A stretch of DNA of 64,000 bases, from positions 96,001 to 160,000 of the forward strand of contig CBDFFH010000047.1 in NCBI GenBank assembly GCA_965246715.1. The letters run 5' to 3'. Made by a program: the position numbers and the translations under genes. The stretch is from Chamaesiphon sp. GTDB taxonomy: Bacteria > Cyanobacteriota > Cyanobacteriia > Cyanobacteriales > Chamaesiphonaceae. How positions within the stretch are numbered: position 1 is the first letter of the stretch; each line of letters opens with the position of its first letter. Of the stretch, positions 37,975 through 48,779 are shown piece by piece. The notes beneath the pieces were generated by a model. That model was given only the letters and a program-made list of their open reading frames with translations, was not told the origin of the DNA and searched no databases.

Positions 37975-38709
37975 CTAAAATTGACAATAATCTCTACTGT
38001 GGGTAATCTCTGCCCAGCGTGCAGATAGGAACCGAGCGTATTCGGTCGAAAATAATCCATAACAACCGATCGAATAGCCCTCATTTACCTCTACCATTAA
38101 AGTTTTACCAGTATCAGTTAAGCCAAAATCGATCGCATAACTTGCAGGTGCAGATTTGTAAGCAGCAACGGCATCTTTAATAATTTGTGGATCGAAATGT
38201 ACCGCCCAATCACCCCGATACAAACGCATATCTAGAATTTCATTATACCTCACAAAACATCGCCATTCTGCCAGGAATTTAACTGGCTCCGAACACCATA
38301 TTTCTGTGTCTATAAGTTCATCACCACAGCTAATTAAGTCTTTAGGGCTTTTAATTACTCGCCCTGTAAATTTCTTGGTTTCTTTCGATGGTTTGACAAA
38401 CACATTCCAAAGTTCGGGATGCTTGGCAATATAATTAATCTGCGATTTCCAGATCTTCCGACCGAGAAACTGTTGTAATTCTGCGGGATAATTAACCTCC
38501 TCTGGTGGCGTAATACCCAATTTTAGTAAAGCTTGCTGAACGTGGTCGATACACCCGACTACGACTTCATCTGGCTGAAGATCGTTTAGCTCATCATTGG
38601 AATAGAAAGGAATGATTTCCCATCCTAGTTTGCGAAAGCCATCATAAGCCACAGCACCATTAGTAGTAATAAATTCGCGATTGGCGTTTTGACGGATATA
38701 GACTTTCAT
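37975..38709 (-). CDS. ATP-grasp domain protein (DUF4343/R2K-like)
   Basis: YPAELQQFLGRKIW, FVKPSKETKKFTG, EWRCFV, IDFG, VEVNEG. Confidence 0.75.
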   Translation of the reverse strand: MKVYIRQNANREFITTNGAVAYDGFRKLGWEIIPFYSNDELNDLQPDEVVVGCIDHVQQALLKLGITPPEEVNYPAELQQFLGRKIWKSQINYIAKHPELWNVFVKPSKETKKFTGRVIKSPKDLISCGDELIDTEIWCSEPVKFLAEWRCFVRYNEILDMRLYRGDWAVHFDPQIIKDAVAAYKSAPASYAIDFGLTDTGKTLMVEVNEGYSIGCYGLFSTEYARFLSARWAEITHSRDYCQF

Positions 38710-38835
38710 AGATAAAATTTGTAAATGTAGCTGAGATAATTCGATCGAGAGCTGTCTATTCTTTAGCTTACCCAAGTTTGTGATAATAAAGCTGCGATCG
38801 AGATCTATTATCAATCTAAGTTAAATTTTTGATTT

Positions 38836-39609
38836 ATGTATGACTGGCACTATACTTTAACAGGCGATCGATCCTTACCGCCATTGTTACTTTTACATGG
38901 ATGGATGGGGAGTAGTGACGATTATACTGAGGTAATTTCATCATTACGATCGCATTTTTATTGTATCGCGATCGATTTACCCGGTCACGGTCAAACTGAA
39001 GTTATTGGTAACGATCCTGGCTATAATTTTATTGCTACTGCTACAGGAATAGTTGAATTATTAGATAGTTTAAAGATCGATCGATGTGCGATCGCAGGAT
39101 ATTCTTTCGGCGGTAGATTGGCATTGTATCTCGCCCTAGAATTTCTCGATCGATTCGAGCGAGTTATACTCGAATCTACATCTCCAGGTTTATCAACTAT
39201 AGCCGAACGAGAGGCTAGAATCGTTAGCGACGATCGGATTATCGCTCGACTAGAAACAACCGATTTTCAAGCTTTTGCCGATAGGTGGTATCAACAGCCG
39301 ATCTTTATCGGTATCGACAAACACCCAGATTTTCCAGCACTGATGCAGCGACGACTTACCAACGATCCGCATAAATTAGCTAAGTCATTAAAATATGCTG
39401 GATTGGGACGACAACCATATTTACTCGAAAGATTAAAAGCTCACGATCGACCGATCTTATTAATTGTCGGTGAAGACGATCCTAAATTTGTCTCGATCGC
39501 GCAATCTCTCGATCGAGTTTGTAATTATCTCACTGTAAATATCGTACCTAATTGTAGTCATAATGTGCATTTTCAGCAGCCGCGATCGTGGCTCGATCTA
39601 GTGAGCTAA
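38836..39609 (+). CDS. menH: SHCHC synthase (alpha/beta hydrolase)
   Basis: LHGWMGS, DLPGHG, GYSFGGRLAL, ESTSPG, WYQQPIF, HNVH. Confidence 0.85.
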   Translation: MYDWHYTLTGDRSLPPLLLLHGWMGSSDDYTEVISSLRSHFYCIAIDLPGHGQTEVIGNDPGYNFIATATGIVELLDSLKIDRCAIAGYSFGGRLALYLALEFLDRFERVILESTSPGLSTIAEREARIVSDDRIIARLETTDFQAFADRWYQQPIFIGIDKHPDFPALMQRRLTNDPHKLAKSLKYAGLGRQPYLLERLKAHDRPILLIVGEDDPKFVSIAQSLDRVCNYLTVNIVPNCSHNVHFQQPRSWLDLVS

Positions 39610-39843
39610 TTGCTGCCATCTTAAAGTATAGACTGATACATTAAACCACTAATCTTAATATTCCTTTCAAACTTAGTGGTATTTGGATATCATGAACTGT
39701 GACAGCAATCGGATCGTTAGATCCAAGTGATATATCCTATCTCGGATCGATCGATACTCCAATCGAGCTACGATCTAAGTTACCTCGAACAGATTTATCT
39801 GCGAGAATAATCCAAAATCCAAAATCCAAAATCCAAAATTCAA

Positions 39844-41376
39844 ATGACCACCGATTTTAACTGGAATAAGCTGCAAAATGGCTCAGATATTCGCGGGATC
39901 GCGCTCGAGGGGGTGCCGAACGAGCAAGTTAATTTGACACCCGCAGTTGCGCGCATTTTAGGGCAAGCTTTCGCTGTTTGGCTAGCGCAAACGGTCGATA
40001 AATCTACTTCCGAACTCACAATTTCCGTAGGACGCGATAGTCGCTTATCCGGCCCAGCATTGATGCAGGCAGTAACGGAAGGGATTAATTCGGTGGGATG
40101 TCGGGTATATGATTTTGCAATGGCTTCGACACCTGCGATGTTCGTGAGTACCATTACCGCCGGATTTGAGTGCGATGGGGCAATTATGCTTACCGCCAGC
40201 CATTTACCATTCAATCGCAATGGTTTAAAATTTTTCACGGTTAAAGGTGGTTTAGAAAAGCAAGATATTTCGGCAATATTAGCTTTAGCTGCAACTAATA
40301 AATTTGAGATTGCCGCCGTTAAAGGAAGTACGATCGAGCATGATTTTATCTCAGTATATGCCAACCAATTTGTCGAACAAATTCGGCAAGCTGTCAACCA
40401 TCCCGAACATTTCGATCGACCGTTACAGGGATTGAAAATTATCGTCGATGCCGGGAATGGTGCAGGGGGGTTTTATGCCGATCGAGTATTGCAACCGCTC
40501 GGTGCAGATATTACTGGGAGCCAGTTTCTCGAACCAGATGGCACCTTCCCCAATCACGTTCCCAATCCTGAAGATAAGGCGGCAATAGCTTCGATTTGTC
40601 AAGCAACGATCGATTCTCAGGCGGACTTTGGGATTATTTTCGATACGGATGTCGATCGCAGTGCGGCGGTAGATGCCACAAGCAAAGAACTCAATCGCAA
40701 TCGCTTAATCGCGCTAATTTCGGCAATTGTATTGCAGGAACATCCACATTCAACGATCGTAACCGATTCGATTACATCTGATGGCTTGACACAATTTATC
40801 GAACAGGATTTAAAAGGAGTTCACCATCGATTTAAACGTGGTTATAAAAATGTCATCAATGAATCGCTCCGACTGAACCAATGCGGGCAAGAATCTTGGC
40901 TCGCGATCGAAACTTCGGGGCATGGTGCGATGAAAGAAAATCATTTCCTCGATGATGGTGCTTATCTAGTCAGCAAACTCTTAATCGAGCTAGCCAAGGC
41001 AAAGTTAGCGGGCAAGTCTTTAACCGATCTGATTGTTAATTTAAAAGAGCCAGTCGAAAGTGAAGAATATCGGATCGGGATTGGCGCAGAAGATTTCAAA
41101 GCACATGGTAATCTGATTATCGATCGACTTCAAGCATTTGCCGCGAGTCAATCGGATTGGAAAATTGTACCAAACAACTATGAAGGAATCCGCATTTCTT
41201 GCCCATCTGCGAGTGAAGATGGCTGGTTGCTCTTGCGCTTATCCCTGCACGATCCAGTGATTCCACTAAATATCGAGTCTAATGTCCAAGGTGGAGTTAA
41301 GCTGATTCTCGATCGATTATTGGCTTTTTTCCAAACTCAGGAATCTCTGAATTTATCAGCGCTTAAATCGTCGTAA
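39844..41376 (+). CDS. Phosphomannomutase/phosphoglucomutase
   Basis: QNGSDIRG, TASHLP, FDTDVDR, IETSGH. Confidence 0.92.
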   Translation: MTTDFNWNKLQNGSDIRGIALEGVPNEQVNLTPAVARILGQAFAVWLAQTVDKSTSELTISVGRDSRLSGPALMQAVTEGINSVGCRVYDFAMASTPAMFVSTITAGFECDGAIMLTASHLPFNRNGLKFFTVKGGLEKQDISAILALAATNKFEIAAVKGSTIEHDFISVYANQFVEQIRQAVNHPEHFDRPLQGLKIIVDAGNGAGGFYADRVLQPLGADITGSQFLEPDGTFPNHVPNPEDKAAIASICQATIDSQADFGIIFDTDVDRSAAVDATSKELNRNRLIALISAIVLQEHPHSTIVTDSITSDGLTQFIEQDLKGVHHRFKRGYKNVINESLRLNQCGQESWLAIETSGHGAMKENHFLDDGAYLVSKLLIELAKAKLAGKSLTDLIVNLKEPVESEEYRIGIGAEDFKAHGNLIIDRLQAFAASQSDWKIVPNNYEGIRISCPSASEDGWLLLRLSLHDPVIPLNIESNVQGGVKLILDRLLAFFQTQESLNLSALKSS

Positions 41377-41389
41377 ATGCCAGTGTGGT

Positions 41390-41660
41390 TAGGGCGGGTT
41401 TTGTTCGATAGTTGTTAATGACAGCAGAGATTATTAATATAAATCTACCCTTGTAAATCTCAATTACCAGCATTCAATATTTCTTTGTGAATGCTGGTGG
41501 GGCTGGGCGAATTTGCTCGAGATTTCTGGAATTTAGTTGTCGGTTGTAGCCCTCAAATGAATTTGGGGCTAAGAGCGTAAGTTCGTTTCACGAACTAATA
41601 TCCATCTTTAGTTATCTTCAGATAACTTGTGCTATGAGCGCGAAATTCCATTTCAGCGCG
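41390..41660. repeat. Cluster of REP-like palindromic units
   Basis: AGGGCGGGTTTT..AAATCTACCCT, CCAGCATTCA..TGAATGCTGG, AGCCCTCAAATGAATTTGGGGCT, AGTTCGTTTCACGAACT, AGTTATCTTCAGATAACT. Confidence 0.65.
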
Positions 41661-41819
41661 GATGTCGATCGCACCGATAATCCACAACCGATCGAATTTA
41701 ACTCGATCGACTAAAACCAAAATAAATTATCATTATCTAAATTAGATTTGAATCGATAAAAATCATCCAAGATCTGTAGATGCGGGTTTATACTATCCAT
41801 ATCGTCTGCACTAAAAATT

Positions 41820-43234
41820 GGCTCTACCGAACTTGCTATGCTAAGTAGTGGATAAGAATCAAGTTTAATTGACAAAATTGATAATTTTGAGTTATGGAAG
41901 CTTGGTGCAGCATAAATGACAGATTTTATTATAGAATAGTAAGATCTTGATTTCTGGCAACAAATAAGCTTGAATTGCATTATGTCATCCAAATCGCAAC
42001 TAAAAACCATTAATGAAATTCTTAATATCGACGGAATGACCGTCACTGCTTATAAGATCTTAGATGAAATCGGTTATTTTATTTATCTAGAAAATCAGCA
42101 ATTAAAAGCAGTGTGTCCTCATTGTGGAACTGAAAGTAATAAACTTCATGAGAATCACCAATTAACAGTGAGAGATCTACCATTCGGTGAACATGATGTT
42201 TACCTTAAAATTAATCGTCGTCAATTCAAGTGTATGAGTTGTGGTCGAAAATTCAGTGAGGAATTAAATTTCATCAAAAAGAGAAGTCATTTCACCGAGC
42301 GAATGAAGCAGAAGATTGTCGAAGAGAGTCTAGCTAGTGATATTAAAAGTGTTGCCAAAAGAAATGGATTAAGTGAGCAAGAAGTGGAGACAATAATCAA
42401 AAAAGCTGGGGTAAATCTAGTGCAAAAAAAGCCAGAGAATTTAACCAGACTAGGAATTGATGAAATTGCCTTTGTTAAAGGGCAAAAAAACTATTGTGCG
42501 GTGTTAGTAGATCTAGAAAAAAGAGAGTTAATAGCCATCTTACCAAAAAGGACTCAAGAATGTATTGGTGAGTGCTTGAAGTCTTGGGGTTCGGAGGTTT
42601 TGAACCAAATTACAGAAGTAAGTATCGATCTATTTTCATCATACAAAAGTCTGGTAAATGAATTGATACCAAATGCTGAAGTGGTTGGAGACAGATTTCA
42701 TGTAATGAAACAGATAAATGAAGAGTTAGATCGAGAGAGAATTAAAATCAAAAGAGAGGCTGAGAGGGTGAAGAACAAAGATGAAAAGAACAAGAAATTA
42801 GCAGCATTAACTCACAGTAAATATGCAATACTCAAAAACGAAGCGGATTTGAATGAATTGCAAAAAGAGAAGTTGAAAGAGATTGGAGACGTTTTTCCAG
42901 AATTAGCAGCAATGCACAAAACAAAAGAGTTATTTAGAGATATATTTGAATCAAAAACAGATTGGGGAAATGGGCTAATAAGCTTGTGTGACTGGCTCAA
43001 GAATGCTTGTGGGAAATTCCCCAAGAGTTGTGGAACTATTAAAAGATGGATTGGTGAAATAATTGCCTATTTTGATAATAGAACAACTCAAGGAGTCGTC
43101 GAAGGAATTAACAATAAACTCAAGCTAATAAAAAGAATGGGATATGGGTTTAGAAATTTTGAGAATTTTCAGATCAGAAGTTTGCTAGCATGGCATTTCA
43201 ATCCTTGATTTAGCATAGTAAGTTCGGTAGAACC
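41820..43234 (+). mobile_element. Complete ISL3-family insertion sequence, 1415 bp
   Basis: TIRs GGCTCTACCGAACTTGCTATGCTAAGT / ATTTAGCATAGTAAGTTCGGTAGAACC (24/27 match); 8-bp TSD TAAAAATT at 41812-41819 and 43235-43242. Confidence 0.93.
41982..43208 (+). CDS. ISL3-family transposase
   Basis: CPHCG...RQFKCMSC zinc finger, LGIDE, VSID, GDRFHV, TQGVVEGINNKLKLIKRMGYGFRNF. Confidence 0.95.
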   Translation: MSSKSQLKTINEILNIDGMTVTAYKILDEIGYFIYLENQQLKAVCPHCGTESNKLHENHQLTVRDLPFGEHDVYLKINRRQFKCMSCGRKFSEELNFIKKRSHFTERMKQKIVEESLASDIKSVAKRNGLSEQEVETIIKKAGVNLVQKKPENLTRLGIDEIAFVKGQKNYCAVLVDLEKRELIAILPKRTQECIGECLKSWGSEVLNQITEVSIDLFSSYKSLVNELIPNAEVVGDRFHVMKQINEELDRERIKIKREAERVKNKDEKNKKLAALTHSKYAILKNEADLNELQKEKLKEIGDVFPELAAMHKTKELFRDIFESKTDWGNGLISLCDWLKNACGKFPKSCGTIKRWIGEIIAYFDNRTTQGVVEGINNKLKLIKRMGYGFRNFENFQIRSLLAWHFNP

Positions 43235-43304
43235 TAAAAATTTTCATTCAAACCCGCCCTTACCCACCAATAATCGATCGCATGTTATCGCCAACTAATC
43301 ACAA

Positions 43305-43805
43305 TCACAAACCTTCGCTAATGTGATGATAATAAGTAAAAAACATACCTAGAATGATAAATGATGTAATGACAATTGTGGGTGTGAATGATAAATTTAA
43401 GCCACCTAATGAAAATGGGTAATAATATTCTCCGTCCTCACCATTAGAATGAACAAGACCCAAGGTATAGAACGCTATGAATGAAAATACACACCAAAAG
43501 AAGCAGATGGAAATAGAAAACATGTCTAATATATTAAATCGATGATTTAATATATAAATTACTTCACTACCAATCCAACTAATTAAAGTCAAGCAAGAAG
43601 CTGGGATTCCTATCAAAGCTATCATAAACAAGCAAAAAACAAGATCTACATTTGTAATCATGTTCTTAATTGCATCAAAAGATAATGAGTGCATACCTAT
43701 TAATCCTTGAGTTGAATTCAGTAGTAAATAATTAGCACCCATTGCTGAAAACAGCAATATCAAGAGCAAGCTAGTATGTGTTAATAAGCTATGAATAATT
43801 TCCAT
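43305..43805 (-). CDS. Hypothetical AT-rich integral membrane protein
   Basis: 166 aa with about 4 hydrophobic segments; no recognised motif. Confidence 0.5.
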   Translation of the reverse strand: MEIIHSLLTHTSLLLILLFSAMGANYLLLNSTQGLIGMHSLSFDAIKNMITNVDLVFCLFMIALIGIPASCLTLISWIGSEVIYILNHRFNILDMFSISICFFWCVFSFIAFYTLGLVHSNGEDGEYYYPFSLGGLNLSFTPTIVITSFIILGMFFTYYHHISEGL

Positions 43806-43883
43806 CTATTTTACTTCGCTTTCATCCAATTCGCCCCACTGCAAATCTCCGCCCTCATCACCAGCAATAAGTCGATCGTGTTC

Positions 43884-44666
43884 CTAACTCGAAGCACTAG
43901 TATAAAACCGCAACGCAAACCACCAAAAACGATTCGACAATATCAGCAGCACCACCGCCAAACATCCACCACCAGCAATCCACACTGGATTTCCGCGTCC
44001 TAGCAGTGTCTGAGCGGGTACCGTGGTTAAAAATGCCACCGGAATCACAAAAGTAAAAAAGAAGCGGTAGGCAGCAGGATAAGCCGCCATTGGAAAGCGT
44101 CCGGCAGCCAGCAAACCCTTCAGCACCTCAGTAATGTTGTAAATCTTGGTAAACCAAATACTCGTCGCTCCGAGGATAAACCACAAACTATAGAGAATTA
44201 CCATCCCAAAAATCAGTGGAATCGCACCGAGCAAATAAGCACTTACACCCACACCGAGCAGATTGCCAGCATAGAAAATAATTCCCAATCCAAATAACAG
44301 ATCCGGCAATCCCCATAAAGAGAAGCTATGGAACGAGAGCCAAAACTGCGAACTAATCGGCTTGAGCAACACGAAATCTAGCGTGCCATCCTGAACGTGC
44401 TTGACAATTCGATTGAGATTGGTGGCTAAAAATGCGTTAGCAAATCCCTCTAAGAAGGTGAAGATCCCAACGACAATCAATGCCTCTTCCCATCGCCAGC
44501 CCTGGAAATTATAGTCCTTCCGATAGAACAGGAATAAACTAAAAATACTACCCGCCAATCCACCCAGACTACTCAACGCGGCAAAAATGAAATTGAGGCG
44601 ATATTCTAATTCTGCGGCGATCGCAGTTTTCCAAAAAATCTGAATTAAGTTTAAATATCTTTGCAT
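43884..44666 (-). CDS. ABC-2 type transporter permease
   Basis: AELEYRLNF, DGTLDFVLLKPISSQF, GRFP..AYP. Confidence 0.88.
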   Translation of the reverse strand: MQRYLNLIQIFWKTAIAAELEYRLNFIFAALSSLGGLAGSIFSLFLFYRKDYNFQGWRWEEALIVVGIFTFLEGFANAFLATNLNRIVKHVQDGTLDFVLLKPISSQFWLSFHSFSLWGLPDLLFGLGIIFYAGNLLGVGVSAYLLGAIPLIFGMVILYSLWFILGATSIWFTKIYNITEVLKGLLAAGRFPMAAYPAAYRFFFTFVIPVAFLTTVPAQTLLGRGNPVWIAGGGCLAVVLLILSNRFWWFALRFYTSASS

Positions 44667-44671
44667 CGATT

Positions 44672-45460
44672 TCAAGCACCCATCCCAGAGTATTGACGTA
44701 AACCCTTTTTCCAGAGCCACCGATTTAGCATCCAGAAGAGCGCAAACCATAGTATCATTACCCCCAAACTCCGCCCAAAATCAACTTTCAATCCCGTCAA
44801 AATACTCGCAGGGAAATTAAGAATATAAGGGAATGGTGTCCATAAGGCGAGCGATCTCACGGCTGGCGGAAATAGTTCTAACGGCGCTATTGCCCCCGAT
44901 AGAAATAGATAAACTAAAAACCAGACTTCCTGAATCGCACTAGCTTTCTCCGTCCAGAAGGCAAACATTGCTAGCGTATATTGCATCAAAAATTGCAAGG
45001 CAAATGCACAGCTAATCGCGATCGCAAATAAACCCAAACTACCTAAATTAGGTATCCAAAATGCACTTGGATACAGGAAGAAAAATAACGCGATTAAAGC
45101 GAAAATAAATGGCAATCGGGCAAAACGTTCGCCGATATGCGACCAAATATGATGCCATACTGGATCTAAAGGTTGCAGCAGTCGAAACGACAATTTGCCA
45201 TCGACGATCTCACGCTCGAAATCCCAAATTACCCAGACTACCGTGAGTTGCCTGACTAGATAAACTGCGAGGAAATAACGCGCAAATTCTACCGAAGATA
45301 ATCCAAAGTTACCTTGTTGTGCGGCTTGAGTCCAGACACCCATGAGGATAAATGGTAACGAGCCAGATAGCGCCCAGAGCAGAAGTTCCGATCGATACTC
45401 CAGCATGTAGGCGTAGTTCGTTAGCAACAGCGATTTAGAAACTCGAAATAATCGGTTCAT
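44672..45460 (-). CDS. ABC-2 type transporter permease
   Basis: YMLEYRSE, DGKLSFRLLQP, LSGAIAPLELFP. Confidence 0.88.
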   Translation of the reverse strand: MNRLFRVSKSLLLTNYAYMLEYRSELLLWALSGSLPFILMGVWTQAAQQGNFGLSSVEFARYFLAVYLVRQLTVVWVIWDFEREIVDGKLSFRLLQPLDPVWHHIWSHIGERFARLPFIFALIALFFFLYPSAFWIPNLGSLGLFAIAISCAFALQFLMQYTLAMFAFWTEKASAIQEVWFLVYLFLSGAIAPLELFPPAVRSLALWTPFPYILNFPASILTGLKVDFGRSLGVMILWFALFWMLNRWLWKKGLRQYSGMGA

Positions 45461-46452
45461 GCGAGCGCCGCCTCCGCACTTCCGGATTGAAAGATCTGCC
45501 CGATGACATCTTCGATCGGCGGATCGGTAATACTGAGATCGACTACCTCCAATTCTGCCAGGATCTGCGAAACTGTCTTGGTAAGGATTTCCTGCGGTAC
45601 TAAAAATCTGACTGACGCACCCTCGATTTCTTTTACATCTGCGTACGCTGCCAATTTTCCAGGGGGATAAACATGGGCAAATTCTACTTGGACTTCCCGA
45701 CAGGGGGAAAATTTACTGACTAAACCGTCGAGGCTACCGTCGTAGATTAATTGTCCTTGATGGATGACCAACACGCGATCGCACAGTGCGGTAATGTCCG
45801 CCATGTAATGACTAGTCAGCAAGATCGTCGCATTATATTTGCGGTTGTATTCCTGCAAAAATTGCCGCACGGCTACTTGGGCATTTACATCCAATCCAAG
45901 TGTCGGTTCGTCGAGAAATAATACTTGCGGCTCGTGGATCAAGGCGGCTAGCAATTCGGCTTTCATCCGTTCGCCGAGCGAGAGCTTCCGCATCGGTTGG
46001 GTGAGTTTGCCTTGGAGGGAGAGCATTTCACTCAGTTCGTTAATGCGAAAATCGGCAGTACGATCGCTCAATCCATAGACTGCGGCGTTGATTTTCAACG
46101 AATCTAAGGCTGGCAAGTCCCAAATCAATTGCTGCTTTTGTCCCATCACGAGTGTGATTTTCTTGAGAAAAGCTGCTTCGCGCTTGAAGGGGACGTGTCC
46201 CGAAACTGTCACCAGTCCGGTGGAGGGATAAATCAATCCCGCCAGCATTTTCAGCGTAGTAGTTTTACCCGCACCATTCCCACCCAAAAAGCCGACGATT
46301 TCACCTGCCTCGATCGAGAATGATACATCTCGAACTGCTTTAATTTCGCGATAGGTACGTTGGAAGAAATGATCGATCGTACCCTTGAAGCCTGGTTGTT
46401 TGATGGCAACGGGATAAACTTTGCTCAGACGATCGACAACGATGCTAGCCAT
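45457..46452 (-). CDS. ABC transporter ATP-binding protein (operon with the two permeases)
   Basis: GGNGAGKTT, LSLGERMK, FLDEPT, TSHYM; stop overlaps the next start. Confidence 0.92.
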   Translation of the reverse strand: MASIVVDRLSKVYPVAIKQPGFKGTIDHFFQRTYREIKAVRDVSFSIEAGEIVGFLGGNGAGKTTTLKMLAGLIYPSTGLVTVSGHVPFKREAAFLKKITLVMGQKQQLIWDLPALDSLKINAAVYGLSDRTADFRINELSEMLSLQGKLTQPMRKLSLGERMKAELLAALIHEPQVLFLDEPTLGLDVNAQVAVRQFLQEYNRKYNATILLTSHYMADITALCDRVLVIHQGQLIYDGSLDGLVSKFSPCREVQVEFAHVYPPGKLAAYADVKEIEGASVRFLVPQEILTKTVSQILAELEVVDLSITDPPIEDVIGQIFQSGSAEAALA

Positions 46453-46625
46453 GATTAATTCATCCAAGCTGGAACTAGTCCAGGCGATCGGGTTACCACT
46501 ACTGTAAACCTTAAAACTGTCTCTTTTCAACACACCGGAATTTTGGTGGCTGAGGTTAAAATCGAGTAGTGCCAATGAAATTATCATCCTTGACAGGACT
46601 AGCCGATCGACGTTAGCATTCTAGG

Positions 46626-46646
46626 TAGTTCGTCAATATCGAACTA
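46626..46646. promoter_or_regulatory. Palindromic operator TAGTTCG-N7-CGAACTA upstream of the alkene reductase gene
   Basis: Perfect 7-7-7 inverted repeat downstream of TTGACA (46590) and a TAGCAT -10-like box (46614); related ATTCG-N7-CGAAT at 49249-49265. Confidence 0.6.
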
Positions 46647-46675
46647 TCGAAATACCAGCGAGCTTGGAACTAACT

Positions 46676-47764
46676 ATGACTCTCGATCGACTTTTCGCTC
46701 CACTCAAAGTTGGCAGTCTCGAACTTCCCAATCGCATTGTGATGGCTCCGCTGACGCGGGGACGTGCTGGCTCGGAACGCACGCCCAATGACCTGATGGT
46801 CGAATATTATGCACAGCGCGCCGATGCTGGACTGATTATTACTGAAGCTACAGATATTTCGCCACAGGGTGCTGGCTGGGTGGATGCACCAGGGATCCAC
46901 ACCGATGCCCAGGTTAAAGGTTGGCAAAAAGTGACAGCAGCCGTACATCGTAACGGCGGTCGGATCTTCCTGCAACTATGGCATATGGGACGCGCTTCAC
47001 ATCCCGATTTTCAGCCTGGAGGCGCGCTGCCTGTATCATCTTCGGCGATCGCGATCGAAGGTTTTGCCCATACACCCCTGGGTAAAAAGCCTTATGTGAC
47101 TCCACGCGCGCTCGAAACCGATGAAATCCCCGGAGTTATCCAACAGTACGTCGATGCGACGAAGCGCGCGCGCGATGCGGGTTTCGATGGCGTGGAAATC
47201 CACGCCGCCAATGGCTACCTAATCGACCAATTTATCCGCGATCGTGTCAATCATCGCACTGATGCCTATGGTGGGAGCATCCCAAATCGCCTGCGGTTGT
47301 TGGATGAAGTTACGGCTGCGGTGGTAAATGCCTGGAGTGGGGATAAAGTCGGAGTTAGACTTTCACCGATGGGGCCATTTAATGATATGAGCGATAGCGA
47401 TCCGCTCGCCACGTTTAGTTATGCAGCAGAATTATTAAATGCGTTCGATTTGGCTTATTTACACGTCCTTGAAGCTCTACCAGGGCATATGTTAGCGGCT
47501 GAAGGCGTGCGCTGCTCGTCGGATATGCGATCGATCTTTAATGGTGTATTTATGGTCAATGGTGGCTACACAGCCGAACTCGGTGCAGCCGCGATCGCGG
47601 ATGGGGAGGCAGATTTGGTCGCTTTTGGAGTGCCATTTATTGCCAATCCGGATTTAGTCAAACGGTTCAAAACTGGTGCAGAGTTGAATCCGCCAGATCC
47701 TAGTACGTTTTATACTTCGGGTGCAAAAGGCTACACCGACTATCTTGCGATCGCAACTGTATAA
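46676..47764 (+). CDS. Old yellow enzyme family alkene reductase (NemA-like)
   Basis: NRIVMAPLTRGR, QLWHMGR, EIHAANGYLIDQF, GVRLSP, TFYT..KGYTDY. Confidence 0.93.
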   Translation: MTLDRLFAPLKVGSLELPNRIVMAPLTRGRAGSERTPNDLMVEYYAQRADAGLIITEATDISPQGAGWVDAPGIHTDAQVKGWQKVTAAVHRNGGRIFLQLWHMGRASHPDFQPGGALPVSSSAIAIEGFAHTPLGKKPYVTPRALETDEIPGVIQQYVDATKRARDAGFDGVEIHAANGYLIDQFIRDRVNHRTDAYGGSIPNRLRLLDEVTAAVVNAWSGDKVGVRLSPMGPFNDMSDSDPLATFSYAAELLNAFDLAYLHVLEALPGHMLAAEGVRCSSDMRSIFNGVFMVNGGYTAELGAAAIADGEADLVAFGVPFIANPDLVKRFKTGAELNPPDPSTFYTSGAKGYTDYLAIATV

Positions 47765-47893
47765 ACATGAGGTCGATCGGCGGGGAACGCGAATAGGCTT
47801 CATTTTGAAATCACCTCAAACCCTCTAAAAAACTTGGTTTGGGGGGAATTTACCATTGCCTATGCCTAAACCGCATTCAACGACAATATCTTA

Positions 47894-48117
47894 GCGTCAA
47901 TCCGGGTTAAGGATATTGGCTCCGCTCGGGCATCGCCTTCGATTGTGTCTTGAAAAGGTGCTCTACTTGGGGAAACCCCAAGACCGCACTTTCCGCAAAT
48001 CGAGGCTAGTGGCATAAAGTCCGCCTTCGCGGACTATATATCTTAGTCCGCGAAGGCGGACTTTGCATCATGAGCCGAGACTTCAGTCTCTAGGCTCCTC
48101 TCAACCCGAACTGACGT
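47894..48117. mobile_element. MITE-like element (ACGTGAGTTCGGG family) with REP doublet and a nested 51-bp mini-element
   Basis: Termini GCGTCAATCCGGGTTAAG / CAACCCGAACTGACGT; near reverse complement of 25799-25971 plus an insert at 47946-47996; no clear TSD. Confidence 0.75.
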
Positions 48118-48779
48118 TAATCGACGTATTCCACCACATCTCGAGTTTCAAAGCGGATTTTTGGTCGGGCGGCACTTTTATCGTCCGCAGCCCGATAGCC
48201 AGCCGCACAGACAACTACTGAAGCGTAATCCGTCAATCCCAGTGCTTCATCATACTTGGCAGGGATGAATCCCTCGATCGGGCAGGTATCCACTTCCAAC
48301 ATCGCTGCTGTGGTCATAAACTGTCCCAAGGCAATATAAACTTGGCGAGTAGACCACACATCGATCTCTACTTGAGATGGCATCTTGTCGATAGCACCGT
48401 TGACAACATTCTTAAAGCCCTGTAGTGACTCTACTGGTATCTGTTGCACTTCGGCCATCCGCGCCACATAGCGATCGACATATGCTGCATCCAGATTTTT
48501 CTTAACGGCAAAGACCACTAGTTGCGATGCTTCAGCGACTTGTTTTTGTCCCCAAGAATGCTCGACGAGTTGCTGACGCAGATCGGGATTGCGAATAATG
48601 AAGAATTTCCACGGTTGCAAGCCAAAGGAAGATGGTGCTAGCACCATGCTTTGTTCTAAGGCTTGCCAAGTCTCACCAGGAATCTGCTTAGTCGAATCGA
48701 ATTTCTTTGTAGCATACCGCCAGTTGAGTTGTTCTAGTACCGATTGCGGAGTCGCGAGCATATTAGTAGTTGTTGGCAT
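48117..48779 (-). CDS. NAD(P)H-dependent nitroreductase (NfsB-like)
   Basis: LNWRYATKKFD, LAPSSFGLQPWKF, DTCPIEGF. Confidence 0.92.
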   Translation of the reverse strand: MPTTTNMLATPQSVLEQLNWRYATKKFDSTKQIPGETWQALEQSMVLAPSSFGLQPWKFFIIRNPDLRQQLVEHSWGQKQVAEASQLVVFAVKKNLDAAYVDRYVARMAEVQQIPVESLQGFKNVVNGAIDKMPSQVEIDVWSTRQVYIALGQFMTTAAMLEVDTCPIEGFIPAKYDEALGLTDYASVVVCAAGYRAADDKSAARPKIRFETRDVVEYVD

